From contig NC_092671.1 of NCBI RefSeq assembly GCF_964355755.1, forward strand, positions 4,650,001 to 4,714,000: 64,000 nucleotides of DNA, read 5' to 3'. The position numbers and the translations under genes were made by a program. Positions 35,380 through 48,100 of the stretch are shown in pieces; position 1 is the first letter of the stretch; every line of letters begins with the position of its first letter. The notes under the pieces were generated by a model. That model ran no database searches and was not told the DNA's origin. It saw nothing but the letters and a program-made list of their open reading frames with translations. The stretch comes from Antedon mediterranea. Taxonomy: Eukaryota > Animalia > Echinodermata.

Positions 35380-37487
35380 ATGGATCATCATCTGTTTAAG
35401 CTTGTTTTCCTCTTTGGTAAGTCTATATTATGAATTTTATAACGTGTTGATCATCATTATTCCGTCTTCGATACGAAGGTTTGTCACCTTGACTCTACCT
35501 CTAATACAATTTCTTGTCACTCTCTTTGCCTTTACGTAAGAAGTTGTTAAGCTCCATTTCTCGATGTCATCAATCCATTTGATTCTCCCTCTCTCCACTT
35601 CCTCGCTGCTCTCGTTCCTTCAAATGTGTTCCCTAGATGTATTATTACTTTCTAACAACCAATGTTGATAATACAATGCTATCCCATCTAAAGAACAACT
35701 ACACATAGTACAGTATGATATATTTTATACATACATAGTATAGACCTACAGTTAGACATAGTAAGCCGATATGGAGTACGGTATAACAGGAAACGATACA
35801 GTACAGTTACATAGTGTGGCACCACCAAAGATACCTACACACAAACTGTCTCAGTTATACGCAACAAAAGGGAAAGCTGAACAATCTGGAAGATAGGATT
35901 TAAAGTTACACGTCAAAGTAAACAATTACTGTATCTCAGCCAAATTCATTCAGTGTACATTGAGAAAAGACTGACATGGTAGGGTGTGGGGCGAGATATG
36001 TTTCTCCAAACAAGACTTATAAGTGTCGCCTGTTAGATGCACTTGTGGCAATACTCAATCTTCATCTTTTATCAGTTCCATATTTTCTATTTTATTTAGA
36101 AATAAATTGTATATTTCCGATCCTTTACTTGATCATGTGGCTTACTTGTTGTTAAGTGTGTGATGAAATAAAATAGTGAATCTTCCATACAATCCATGGA
36201 ACAAGAAGATACTTAAGATACTTGTAGATCTCGTCTCTCTTCCCATTATATGTAAACTGTCCATTCAAAACTCAACTCATTCAAATACTTCGTTCGTATA
36301 CATAATTAAATAGCTCATTACCCTTTATTGTACAGTTTTGCAGATTCATTATTCCGCAGCAGATTTTGCAGAATGCGGCGGGCCACACAATGTTACTGAT
36401 CCGTTTGGAACTATAACATCTACGAATTTTGGAGATCCATCTTGGCCTTTTTATGACCCGAATTCTTCTTGTGTTTGGAACATATTTGCACCACTTGGAT
36501 ATGTAAGTTAAAGCAATGCTTTCTTGACATACATGTTACGCGCAAGCTTTAATTCGATGCGGTGTCATTCTTGCACAATGTTCTTATTTTTACATTAAAT
36601 GATTGTCGTATCCAATCATTTCAAGTATTAGATTGAAACCAATCGTTCCAATTTCTAATGTGTTACTATGTACATCATCAGATAAATAAGTTCTTGGTAA
36701 ATTATAACAATACGCCGCACTTATACTTTGTTTAAAACATTTTTAAAATACACAATAAACTTTAAATCTTCAGGCAAGTTATATAAATAATGTATAGGGC
36801 CTATAGGTCTACAAATCGAACAACCGAAACGTTTTAAATTTTCCTGTTTTAAACTTTAATTTTAACTTTGATTTAGCTCATTGAAATAAAGTTCAGTTTT
36901 GTTGACTTCGGGAAAACATGTCGTCAAGATTACATCTACCTCTATAACAGCAAAGCAGCAGTTGGAGCAGTAGCTGCAGAGGTTTGCGGACAGATTATAC
37001 CACCACCATTCCTGTCAGACTACAATTACGCAACCATTCTATTTTCGTCAGATTTTAGTGATGAAGCATTGGGATTCAAAGCAACCTATCGTCGCATTGT
37101 TAAAGCGCCAGGTAAGCATAAACCCTGTTGTTGTCCACTTGGTGAACTAATTCTGATTGGTTGCGCATTTATGAAATTATGATAGCTGTATACAGCTTTT
37201 TATATACGTGGAATTCGCCTATAGTAGAAAACTAAACAAGCCGCCCAAAGACTTTTTTCGTGGACATGGGCCTATATAAAACATTTTGGAAATTGCAGTT
37301 ATAGATACATATGTTGTAATTACAGTTACATTTGAATTTAAGACCAGATGCCATAACATTATATAATAATTCTTATTATTATTATATTAACTATTATAAC
37401 ATGTTACATCAGCTTCTGGCTATTCCATGGTATTCTATGTCTTTCATTAAATTGGTATTTCTTATTTTTATAGATTCATTACCTTAA
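35380..37487 (+). CDS. Secreted single-CUB-domain protein A, 150 aa, 4 exons
   Basis: Exons 35380-35416, 36336-36502, 36877-37111 and 37474-37487, all GT-AG and in phase; MDHHLFKLVFLFVLQIHYSAA signal, CGG...GTITS.NF...C.W.I...C..DY...CG...F.SD...GFKATY, ends DSLP*. Confidence 0.85.
35455..35660 (-). mobile_element. Decayed RTE-type LINE 3' end in intron 1 of CUB gene A
   Basis: Frameshifted G.FEG.R...GRIKWIDDIEKW-like translation. Confidence 0.45.
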
Positions 37488-38876
37488 CCAAAAGAAGAAA
37501 TGAACGCAAAGAGAATGGAAGCTAACGACATTTAATGTTAAAACCAATTTCTACATAATATGTTTTTGCAGTTCCAAGCCATTAAAAATGTACGAAATAA
37601 AACAATTGAATTGAATAAAAATCTATTGAAAATATTATGTTAAATGCTATTTTTATGTGGCGGGTTTTATTTCTTTAATAAAATGGGCTCTCAACTTGAA
37701 AAGATTAGGTATTGTCCATATAACTCTAAACAACCATCAAGTTTTGTATGAAAATAATATAAAATTACATATTCTTACCTGGTTAAACATAGGAAGTTAT
37801 ACAAAAATTACCAACATTTCAAATTAGGTTAGTAACTAATTTGCACAATTTTAATCGTATCAAACACACAAAATAATGGTGAATTTAATTCAACCTACCA
37901 ATGTTTAAATTAAACTCAAATGTCAACATTTTTCGAGTGAAATATTAACAGATTAACACATGCTTCAGTAAAGCTATCAAAGAATAAACAATGAAATAAA
38001 GATAAAACGATGCTAACAAAACAGATGTAAGCATATCATTTATTATAAATAAATACCGCACACTATTCTACTTCGACCCAACTATGAATTACATTTGTCA
38101 TGGACTTTCTGTTTAAGTTTGTTTTCCTATTAGGTAAGTCTATCATTTTAAATTATTTTAAGATTATACCGGTACTAAATTAGAGGAAGTTATTTTTTAC
38201 AATAATCTATTAATATATAATATTAACATATGCTGTAATGGTGAATACTCTCCTCCCCATATGTAGATATGAAAATATTGTATACCTATCAAAGACAACA
38301 CAGGCGTGTAAACAAGTAGACCTGGATTAAACAATAAATATCTGTAGGGCCTACAATACAATTTCACTGTATGATATTAACAAGGAGGCCTACAAAAGCA
38401 AACAAGTTTTCTTAAGTTTACGCAATAGGCCTATACATAAAAACAGAAGCAGTTATGCAATTTCGTGAACTCGTTAAAAAGAGTAGAAAACCAAGATCAA
38501 CGACCATGGCATGCATACATACACTGATCCACCGATACTAGTATGAAAACTAACGCTGAATTCATGGACATAGTCAATTGTGTCTCTGGTTATAATAACT
38601 TAATTGGTATATAGAACCGTTTATACTTGTACTTTATTTTTACAGCTTCATGTCTACAGAGTTGTTCTACAGAACATGTGTTTTGTGGTGGTCCTCATAA
38701 TGTCACTGATCCATTTGGAACGATAACTTCTACGAATTTTGGAGATCCATCTTGGCCTTTCTATGACCCGGAGTCTCGTTGTACTTGGAACATATATGCA
38801 CCAGTTGGATATGCAAGTATATCAATCTTTCTAACTAACATGCGCAATACTTATTTTCGCGTCAATGTTTTCTCTT

Positions 38877-39478
38877 TCACATGTTTGTTGTTTTCAATCT
38901 CATGTTTGTTGTTTTTAATCTCATGTTTGTTGTTTTCAATCACATGTTTGTTGTTTTCAATCACACGTTTGTTGTTCTTAATCTCATGTTTGTTGTTTTC
39001 AATCTCATATTTGTTGTTTTCAATCTCATGTTTGTTGTTTTCAATCACATGTTTGTTGTTTTCAATAACACGTTTGTTGTTCTTAATCTCATGTTTGTTG
39101 TTTTCAATCTCATATTTGTTGTTTTCAATCTCATGTTTGTTGTTTTTAATCTCATGTTTGTTGTTTTCAATCACATGTTTGTTGTTTTTAATCTCATGTT
39201 TGTTGTTTTCAATCACATGTTTGTTGTTTTCAATCACACGTTTGTTGTTTTCAATCACACGTTTGTTGTTTTCAATCTCATATTTGTTGTTTTCAATCTC
39301 ATGTTTGTTGTTTTCAATCACATTTTTGTTGTTTTTAATCACATGTTTGTTGTTTCCAATCGCATGTTTTTTTGTTTTCAATCATATTTGTTGTTTCCAA
39401 TCACATGTTTGTTGTTTACGTTTCTAATCACATGTTTTTTGTTGTCAATCATATTTGTTGTTTCCAATCACATGTTTG
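38877..39478. repeat. 21-bp intronic minisatellite (TTTGTTGTTTTCAATCACATG)n
   Basis: 7-aa periodic pseudo-ORFs; shorter paralogous array at 42350-42605. Confidence 0.95.
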
Positions 39479-39780
39479 TACAATTAAAGCTGTCTTATTT
39501 ACTTACTATGTAAATCCTGCGACAAAATAGGCATATTATGTGATTTTACAAATAATTATTTGATGCTCGTAAAACAAAATTTAATAAGCCATTAAAATCA
39601 CCAGAAAACTGAAGAACATAAAAGCAAATGTTTAAGTAGTGTGTTTTAGTGTTTTGTTATACATTTTAATTTGTTCTTACTTCATTTAGATCATTTAAAT
39701 TAACTTCAGTTTCGGTGACTTTGGCGAAACATGTGGAGAGGATAAGATACTCATTTTTAACAACTATAAACCAGTAGGAG

Positions 39781-39806
39781 CATGGAGTCTTATTCTTTAC
39801 TCCATG
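39781..39806. mobile_element. 26-bp near-palindromic insertion with 7-bp TSD
   Basis: GTAGGAG|CATGGAGT...ACTCCATG|GTAGGAG; empty site in gene C at ~42865. Confidence 0.85.
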
Positions 39807-40367
39807 GTAGGAGCAATAGCTCAGAAGATTTGTGGACAGACTATACCGTCACCACCGTTTGTGTCAGAACATAATTACGCTTCCATGATATTTGTATCAT
39901 ATACGAGTGGTCCTCAAGCTTTAGGATTTAAAGCGACATACCGTCGCATTCCTAAAACGCCAGGTAGGCTTAAAACATATGTTCCATTAGCAAATTGACC
40001 ATAACTGAGTTCTGATTGGTTGAGTAATTCCTTCACGTCACAAAAAGTAGGTGTAAAAATACGCATGCGTCAATATTTTTTGCTCGGGCTAACAAATTCG
40101 CGTAATGGAGAACAGAATTATAACCTTATAGTCCACTAGGCGAAACAGGAATCAAAAATTAAAATACGCATGTGAATAAAATAACGCATTTGATTCACAT
40201 GGAACCGACTTTAAGATGTATTTATTTCCCAATTTACTAGTCAATGTCTTTTCTTTTTCCTCTGTTCAATTTAAGACGAGATACCATTCAAATATTATCC
40301 TGTAACATGATATACTGTTTCATTTTCGACAAACAAAGGCTTTCTTTATTATTATTATTTATTCTTA

Positions 40368-40563
40368 ATACTGGGTAGCCTCTTCAGACTGATTTCCCAG
40401 AGGGCCCAGTGTATATTATGAGTACGTGACAGTGGCTGTGTGTGAAATAGTACACCGGGGTAACCCCTTATTCGTCTAGAAAGATGTACTAGGTTTACAG
40501 GAGCCAGATGTGTGCACAGGAGCCAGATGTGTACACTGGACCTACGGTTTATAGTCCTTATCC
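40368..40563 (-). mobile_element. 5'-truncated Deu-type SINE
   Basis: Matches 17616-17795; (ATT)n tail adjacent. Confidence 0.8.
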
Positions 40564-40809
40564 TATAATGTCAACCTAAATATTCATTATCAAATTGGTA
40601 TTCTTCTTATTAGATGTATTACATTAACCACTAGAACGAGGTGGAAGACATGCTGACGATGTATACATTGTTAATGAACAATATAATCCAATTAAATACA
40701 ACGCGCCATTGACGCTGCGAAGTGACACTAACGTCACAATAGATACAAGACACTACGCAAGTGAAATGAATTTTGTGTTTTCATGAAGATACACTAATGT
40801 TAGCCTTAA

Positions 40810-41308
40810 AGCTCAGGTACAGGCATGAATTTTATATATAATATCTGGTTAATTGTACATAAATCAAATATTTGTAATAGAAAAAACATGAATTTCCTTA
40901 AAAACGGTCAAATACAATATTATGTAATAACATGGTGACTCCCTAGAAGGTGAAAGAAGATGGTGGAAAAAATCTTAAAAATAGCATGAAAATAAAACTC
41001 CGAGGTTGAATAAAAATACTAGAAATGTAAAATTAAAGTTATATTACCTATATTTGGTCATTAGATAACATTTTTTTACAACACCGTTTATTTTTCATAC
41101 TTTTTTTTTAAATACCTCTCTATTTACAACATTTGTGTACAAAAGAATACAGATTTTACTGTGTAATTTCAACTATTCCCCCACTGAATTGTCAACAAGC
41201 TGATGTAACACAAATAAAACGCCAACAATTATGAAACATAGGGGAAACTATAGATCGATAATTATTGGAAAGTATGATCAATAGAAATTTTTTGCCCGCA
41301 CCTGGCCT
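40810..41308. mobile_element. TTAA-flanked TIR element (duplicate at 44052-44579)
   Basis: TTAA|AGCTCAGGTACAGGCA...TGCCCGCACCTGGCCT|TTAA. Confidence 0.65.
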
Positions 41309-41327
41309 TTAACATACTATCATTAAC

Positions 41328-41349
41328 CATGGACCTATATAGGTCCATG
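41328..41349. mobile_element. 22-bp perfect palindrome with 7-bp TSD
   Basis: CATTAAC|CATGGACCTATATAGGTCCATG|CATTAAC; empty site at ~44592. Confidence 0.88.
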
Positions 41350-41862
41350 CATTAACTAACAAGATAACAATCAAACTACACCTTCTATAATAGTTTAATT
41401 GTCTAGCTTTACAGGCGTGTAAATAAAAAATGATAATTGTAATTTCTTATTTTCCAAGTCAAGTGTCACTTCTTTTACCCCTTTTTTCAATTTAAGAGTA
41501 GCCTACAGCATATAATAGGTCATGTTCAGATCATAGAAATAAACCAATATATCAAGACAGTTTAGACTACCGTAAAACCTTGCAAAGAAGCTTCTTATTT
41601 TTGTGGTTCTATGGTAGCTAAATAACAGCTACACTATGTCAGTTGTTGAGGAAGTCTCACTGTTAGCTGTAATATTGGGGTTATTTTCTATGAACATATG
41701 AATAGGCCTAACTGATAAACACATGTCTCAGTTACAATATCAAACCGTAAACAATGAAATCAAGATAAAACGACGCTAACAAAACAGAATAAGCATAATT
41801 ATCATTTGTGAATAAATACCGCACGCTATTTTACTTCGACTACACTGTGAATTACATTGGTA

Positions 41863-43869
41863 ATGGACTTTCTTCTTAAGTTTGTTTTCCTACTAGGTAA
41901 GTATATTGAATTATTTAAAATACTAGTATGTAAATATTTTGTACTTAACATGATAGAGGCATAGAGTTTAAAAAAAATATGAGTAGGCCTAAACAAAGAT
42001 TATGAAAGACAAAATAGTATGTACATTGTAATTCCACTTATGGTATAATAGAAGAGGCCAATACAGAACAAACCATTTGTCATGGTTTTATCCCATCCAT
42101 GACGACGTATATTACACTCTTTATTTTACAGTTTTAGGCCTACATAGGTGTTCCTCTACAGAATATGAGTATTGTGGTGGTCCTCATAATGTCACTGATC
42201 CATTTGGAACGATAACGTCTACGAATTTTGGAGATCCATCTTGGCCTTTCTATGACCCGGAGTCGCGCTGTACTTGGAACATATATGCACCAGTTGGATA
42301 TGCAAGTAGATCAATCTTTCTAACTAACATGCGCAATGTTTTCTCTTTCTAATTTTTGTTGTTTTCAATCTTATGTTTGTTGTTTCCAATCACATTTGGT
42401 TGTTTTCAATCACATGTTTGTTGTTTCCAATCATATGTTTGTTGTTTCCAATCACAGGTGTGTTGTTTCCAATCACGTTGTTTTCAATATCATGTTTGTT
42501 GTTGTTTCCAATCACATGTTTATTGTTTTCAATCATATGTTTATTGTTTCCAATCAAATGTTTGTTGTTTCCAATCACATGTTTGTTGTTTCCAATCACA
42601 TGTTTTTTTTTTAATCAAGTTTGTTAAAATCATTATTTGAACAATTTACTATGTAAATCCTGGGACAAAATAGTCTTATTATGTGGTCTTACAAATAATT
42701 ATTTAATGCTCGTTAACTGAAGAACATAAAAGCAAATGTTTAAGTAATGTGTTTTAGTGTTTTGTTCTAACTTCATTTAGGTCATTGAAATTAAGTTCAG
42801 TTTCGTTGACTTTGGCGAAACATGTGGAGAGGATTCGATACTCATTCTTAACAACTATGAACCAGTAGGAGTAATAGTTCAGACGATTTGTGGACAGACT
42901 ATACCGTCACCACCGTTTGTGTCAGAACATAATTACGCTTCCATGATATTTATATCATATACGACTGGTCCTCAAGCTTTAGGATTTAAAGCGACATACC
43001 GTCGCATTCCTAAAACGCCAGGTAGGCTTAAAACCTATGTTCCATTAGCAAATTGACCATAACTGAGTTCTGATTGGTTGAGTAATTCCTTCACGTCACA
43101 AAAAGTAGGTGGAAAAATACGCATGCGTCAATATTTCGTAATCGGGCGAATAAATTCGCGTAATGGAGAACAGAATTATAACCTTATAGTCCACTAGGCG
43201 AAACAGGAATCAAAAATTAAAATACGCATGTGAATAAAATAACGCATTTGATTCACATGGAACCGATTTTAAGATGTATTTATTTCCCAATTTGCTAGTC
43301 AATGTCTTTTCTTTTTACTCTGTTCAATTTAAGACGAGATACCATTCAAATTTAATGTATTATTATCCTGTAACATGATATACTGTTTCATTTTCGACAA
43401 AAAAAGGCTTTCTTTATTATTATTATTTATTCTTTATACTGGGTAGCCTCTTCAGTCTAAGACTGATTTCCCAGAGGGCCAAGTGTATATTATGAGTACG
43501 TGACAGTGGCTGTGTGTGAAATAGTACACCGGGGTAACCCCTTATTCGTCTAGAAAGATGTACTAGGTTTACAGGAACCAGATGTGTGCACAGGAGCCAG
43601 ATGTGTACACTGGACCTACGGTCCTTATCCTATGTCAACCTAAAGCTTGGTTCCCACTAGAACGTAACGCAAGGACGTAAACGCAACGCAAGCGTTTTAA
43701 CCAATGACAAGCGAAGTTATAGACAGCATTCACAAGCGAATAAGCCATCGCTTGTGATTGGTCAATTCACTTGCGTTGCGTTACGTCCTTGCGTTGCGTC
43801 GCTAGTGGGAACCACGCTTAAATATTCATTATCAAATTGGTATTTTTCTTATTAGATGTATTACATTAA
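41863..43869 (+). CDS. Secreted single-CUB-domain protein C (B/D chimera), 152 aa, requires a GC-AG intron
   Basis: Exons 41863-41896, 42132-42301 (donor GCAAGT), 42781-43021 and 43856-43869; open frame ending DVLH*. Confidence 0.72.
42350..42605. repeat. 21/22-bp intronic minisatellite
   Basis: TTTGTTGTTTCCAATCACATG units. Confidence 0.9.
43436..43632 (-). mobile_element. 5'-truncated Deu-type SINE (duplicate of 40368-40563)
   Basis: Near-identical to the 40.4-kb copy. Confidence 0.8.
43644..43818. mobile_element. 175-bp Tourist-like (PIF/Harbinger) MITE
   Basis: TAA|AGCTTGGTTCCCACTAG...CTAGTGGGAACCACGCT|TAA; empty site CCTAAATATTC at ~40575; fragments at ~1640, 51575 and 63150. Confidence 0.9.
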
Positions 43870-45116
43870 CCACTAGAAGGAGGTGGAAGACATGCTGACG
43901 ATGTATACATTGTTAATGAACAATATAATCCAATTCAATACAACGCGCCATTGACGCTGCGAGGTGACACTAACGTGACAATAGATACAAGGCACTACGC
44001 AAGTGAAATGAATTTTGTGTTTTCATGAAGATACACTAATGTTAGCCTTAAAGCTCGGGTACAGGCATGAATTTTATATATAATATCTGGTTAATTGTAC
44101 ATAAATCAAATATTTTCAATAGAAAAAACATGAATTTCCTTAAAAACGGTCAAATACAATAATAATACAATGTAATAATATGTCTGGTGAACCCCCAGAA
44201 GGTGAAAGAAGATGGTGGATATACGGTGGATAATTTTTGCTACCGTATAGCATGAAAATAAAACTCCGAGGTTGAATAAAATTACTAGAAATGTAAAATT
44301 AAAGTTATATTACCTATATTTGGTCATCTGATAACATTTTTTACCACACGGTTTATTTTTCATAGTTTTTTTAAAAATACCTCTCTATTTACAACATTTG
44401 TGTACAAAAGAATACAGATTTTACTGTGTAATTTCAACTATTCCCCCACTGATAATAAATTGTCAACAAGCTGATGTAACACAAATAAAACCCCAAAAAT
44501 TATGAAACATATGGGAAACTATAGATCGATAATTATTGGAAAGTATGATCAATAGAAATTTTTTGCCCGCACCTGACCTTTAACATACTATCATTAACTA
44601 ACAAGATAACAATCAAACCACACCTTCTATAATAGTTTAATTGTCTAGCTTTACAGGCGCGTAAATAAAAAATGATAATCATAATTGTTTAGTTGTAATT
44701 TTTATTTTCCAAGTCAAATGTCACTTCGTTTACCCTTTTTTCAATTTAAGAGTAGCCTACAGCATATAATAGGTCATGTTCAGATCATAGAAATAAACCA
44801 ATATATCAAGACAGTTTCGACTACCGTAAAACCTTGCAAAGAAGCTTCTTCTTTTTGAGGTTCTATGGTAGCTAAATAACAGCTACACTATGTCAGTTGT
44901 TGAGGAAGTCTCACTGTTAGCTGTAATATTGGGGTTATTTTCTATGAACATATGAATAGGCCTTACTGATAAACACATGTCTCAGTTACAATATCAAACC
45001 GTAAACAATGAAATCAAGATAAAACGACGCTAACAAAACAGAATAAGCATAATTATCATTTGTGAATAAATACCGCACGCTATTTTACTTCGACTACACT
45101 GTGAATTACATTGGTA

Positions 45117-48100
45117 ATGGACTTTCTTCTTAAGTTTGTTTTCCTACTAGGTAAGTATATTGAATTATTTAAAATACTAGTATGTAAATATTTTGTACTT
45201 AACATGATAGAGGCATAGAGTTTAAAAAAAATATGAGTAGGCCTAAACAAAGATTATGAAAGACAAAATAGTATGATGTACATTAATTGTAATTACACTT
45301 ATGGTGTAATAGAAGGGGCCAATACAGAACAAACCATTTGTCATGGTTTTATCCCATCCATTACGACGTATATTACACTCTTTATTTTACAGTTTTAGGC
45401 CTACATAGGTGTTCCTCTACAGAATATGAGTATTGTGGTGGGCCATATAATCTTACTGAACCATTTGGAACAATAACATCTACAAATTATGGAGATCCCT
45501 CCTGGCCGTTTTATAACCCGAATTCTCGCTGTGTTTGGAACATAATAGCACCAATTGGATATGTAAGTAGACAATGCTTTCTTGACATGCATGTTATAGG
45601 CAACACAAAATTCAATTAATTTATAACTGCGCAATGACAACTTATTTTATATTAACTTTAAATCTGTTTTTTCTTTAATGTAGCTCGTTGAAGTTAAGTT
45701 CAGTTTCGTTGACTTTGGGAAAACGTGTGGACAGGATTATATATACATTATTAACAACTATAAACCAGTAGGAGGACCAGCTCAGAAGATTTGTGGACAG
45801 ACTATACCGTCACCGCCATTCGTGTCAGACTATAATTACGCTTCCATTCTATTTTTATCCGATTCCAATCAGAATCAAGCATTAGGATTTAAAGCAACAT
45901 ATCGTCACGTGATTGTTAAAGCGCGAGGTAGGCAATAAACTTGTTTTTCCTCAATTTATTCAAGCAAACCAAACCATTCTGGTTGTTTGGGAATTTGTTT
46001 ACATCATAAAAAGTAGATGGCATTATGCGCATGCACATAAACCATCGCTTTTATTTCACGTGGAATTAATTCACCACAGTGGAAATAAACTCATCTCACA
46101 TTATTAAGACGTTTACTGAATTAACAACACTACAAATACTGCAGTTCTATTTTCTTTCAATATAGCCTATTTTCTGTTTAAAGGCTTGCATGGTATAGAA
46201 ATAATAAATCTGCCAAAACACTTTCTAATCAACATAAAAACTGAGGTTAGAAACTGAATATATTTCTTATTTTATCTAGCCTTAGGCCTACAAAACGTAT
46301 ATTCTTCGACACCGTCAGGATGTGGTGGACCACAGCATCTTACCGATTCATTTGGAACCGTATCAACTATGAATTTCGCTGACCCTTCCTGGCCGTTCTA
46401 TGATGCTGATTCTATGTGCACGTGGTTGATAGAAGCGCCGATTGATTATGTAGGTAAAACAATCCCGTGAGAAACGACCAGTTACCTTTCTGTAATTTCT
46501 TCAAGACTCTAGAACTTATATTATTGACAATTTTTGTTTATTTGAATTTGTCAAATGTCTTCTTCAAGACTCTACATATAATGTTTGTTTATTGTTTACT
46601 ACGCACAATATTAATTTAAATAATATGCAAAATAATCTCATATGCTGCGTTTAAAGGTAGGTTCCAAGTTTAGGGTTGAACTGGGCGTTGTTATCAAATT
46701 AAGAGTATTTGAATTCGTAACAATTCTTCTAGTTCATCGAAGTGGAGTTCCAATTCCTAGAAGTCGGGGATTCTAAAACAGGAAAATGTGGATACGATGC
46801 TGTGTACATCTTTGACAGCAAAGAACCAATGGGGGCTCCGAAAGAGTTTATTTGTGGGAAGACATTGCCGTCATCACCTTTCCTGTCCACTGGCAATCAC
46901 GTGTTCATTGGATTTGTTTCAGACGATAGTGGTCATGAGTTAGGATTCCAAGCAACGTATCGTTTCATTATTAAACCAGGTAGGTATGCAAAAATATACA
47001 AGAGAACTGGTCTTTACCTGCAAGTCGAGAAGCTGTAAAATCGAAGTATCAAATACAGGAACTGTGGAGTTGGCATTCGCATGGGTATGGGTGGGGCTTT
47101 GCAAGAATTACTGATTGACAGGGAATAGGCCTACTGCATGTCAATGGGTGGTGCTCCAATGATAAAACGATGGTCTTGCAGCTTCTTCAAAAAAACGGAT
47201 AATGACGATGAAATGAGTCATTTTTGATAAATGAAAAACTGAGCGGTTATGGAACCAAAACCTGCATGGCAACAATTAAGTGTGTTTACTACAATATGAT
47301 CTTTGTTTCGTTTTTAAAATATCAATAGATTATTATACACACGACAGCTCCTATACTAAAATGACACAGGTTTGATGATTCTTGTTTACAGACCCAACGC
47401 CTCCAGCAACCGCCTCATCGGGATGTGGTGATCTAAAATACCGCACGGATAATCATGGTACAATAACGTCAATGGACTTCGATGGATCAACGCACTATAA
47501 GCCGGATGCTGAATGTACATGGATTATTACAACAGATCCAGAAAAGGTATATGTGCCCATTCTATCAACATTTTCTTTTAAACAAACTCACTCTCGTATT
47601 TAACCATTAATAAAAGAATATAGCATAGACATTTTTTTCTCCTTCTGGTAACATTGGTAACATCTGTCGGAAGAATAAAAAAAGAGTAAAGCTTTAAAGA
47701 AAATGTGCTGAGAATATTCTTTTCTCAAAGAAATTTTACTATCTGAATAAAATACTTCAGCCACCAGCAGGTAGGCTAGATCCACAGGACTCCAAACGTT
47801 AGGACCAGCAACGTCTAAAATAGGTTCATGGAACAGTCACCACAATTGCTGGTTTGATGACATTTTTTCGAAATCAAATTTTGTAGAAATACTTTCTGGA
47901 CCATTATCTAGATAGTAACGTCTTACAACATTTAAAACATTTTCTTTTACAGCTCGTGACTCTGAAGTTCATACACTTCGACTTAGAAGATAACGATTGT
48001 ACTCGTGACGTCATCTTCGTCTATGACGGTTCTATCGAGGAAGAATCACCACCAATTATTGGTAAATTCTGCGGTTCCAAACTTCCGTATCCTCTCGTTT

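Larger units (their letters stand above)
38100..40627 (+). pseudogene. Single-CUB gene B (pseudogene)
   Basis: Exons 38100-38133, 38646-38812 (GC donor), 39690-39963 and 40614-40627; GAA>TAA at the third codon of exon 3; 33-bp insertion in exon 3. Confidence 0.82.

Noticed and set aside
38851-39513. NNKHEI/MFVVFN repeat proteins
   Set aside because: A 21-bp intronic minisatellite, open in several frames
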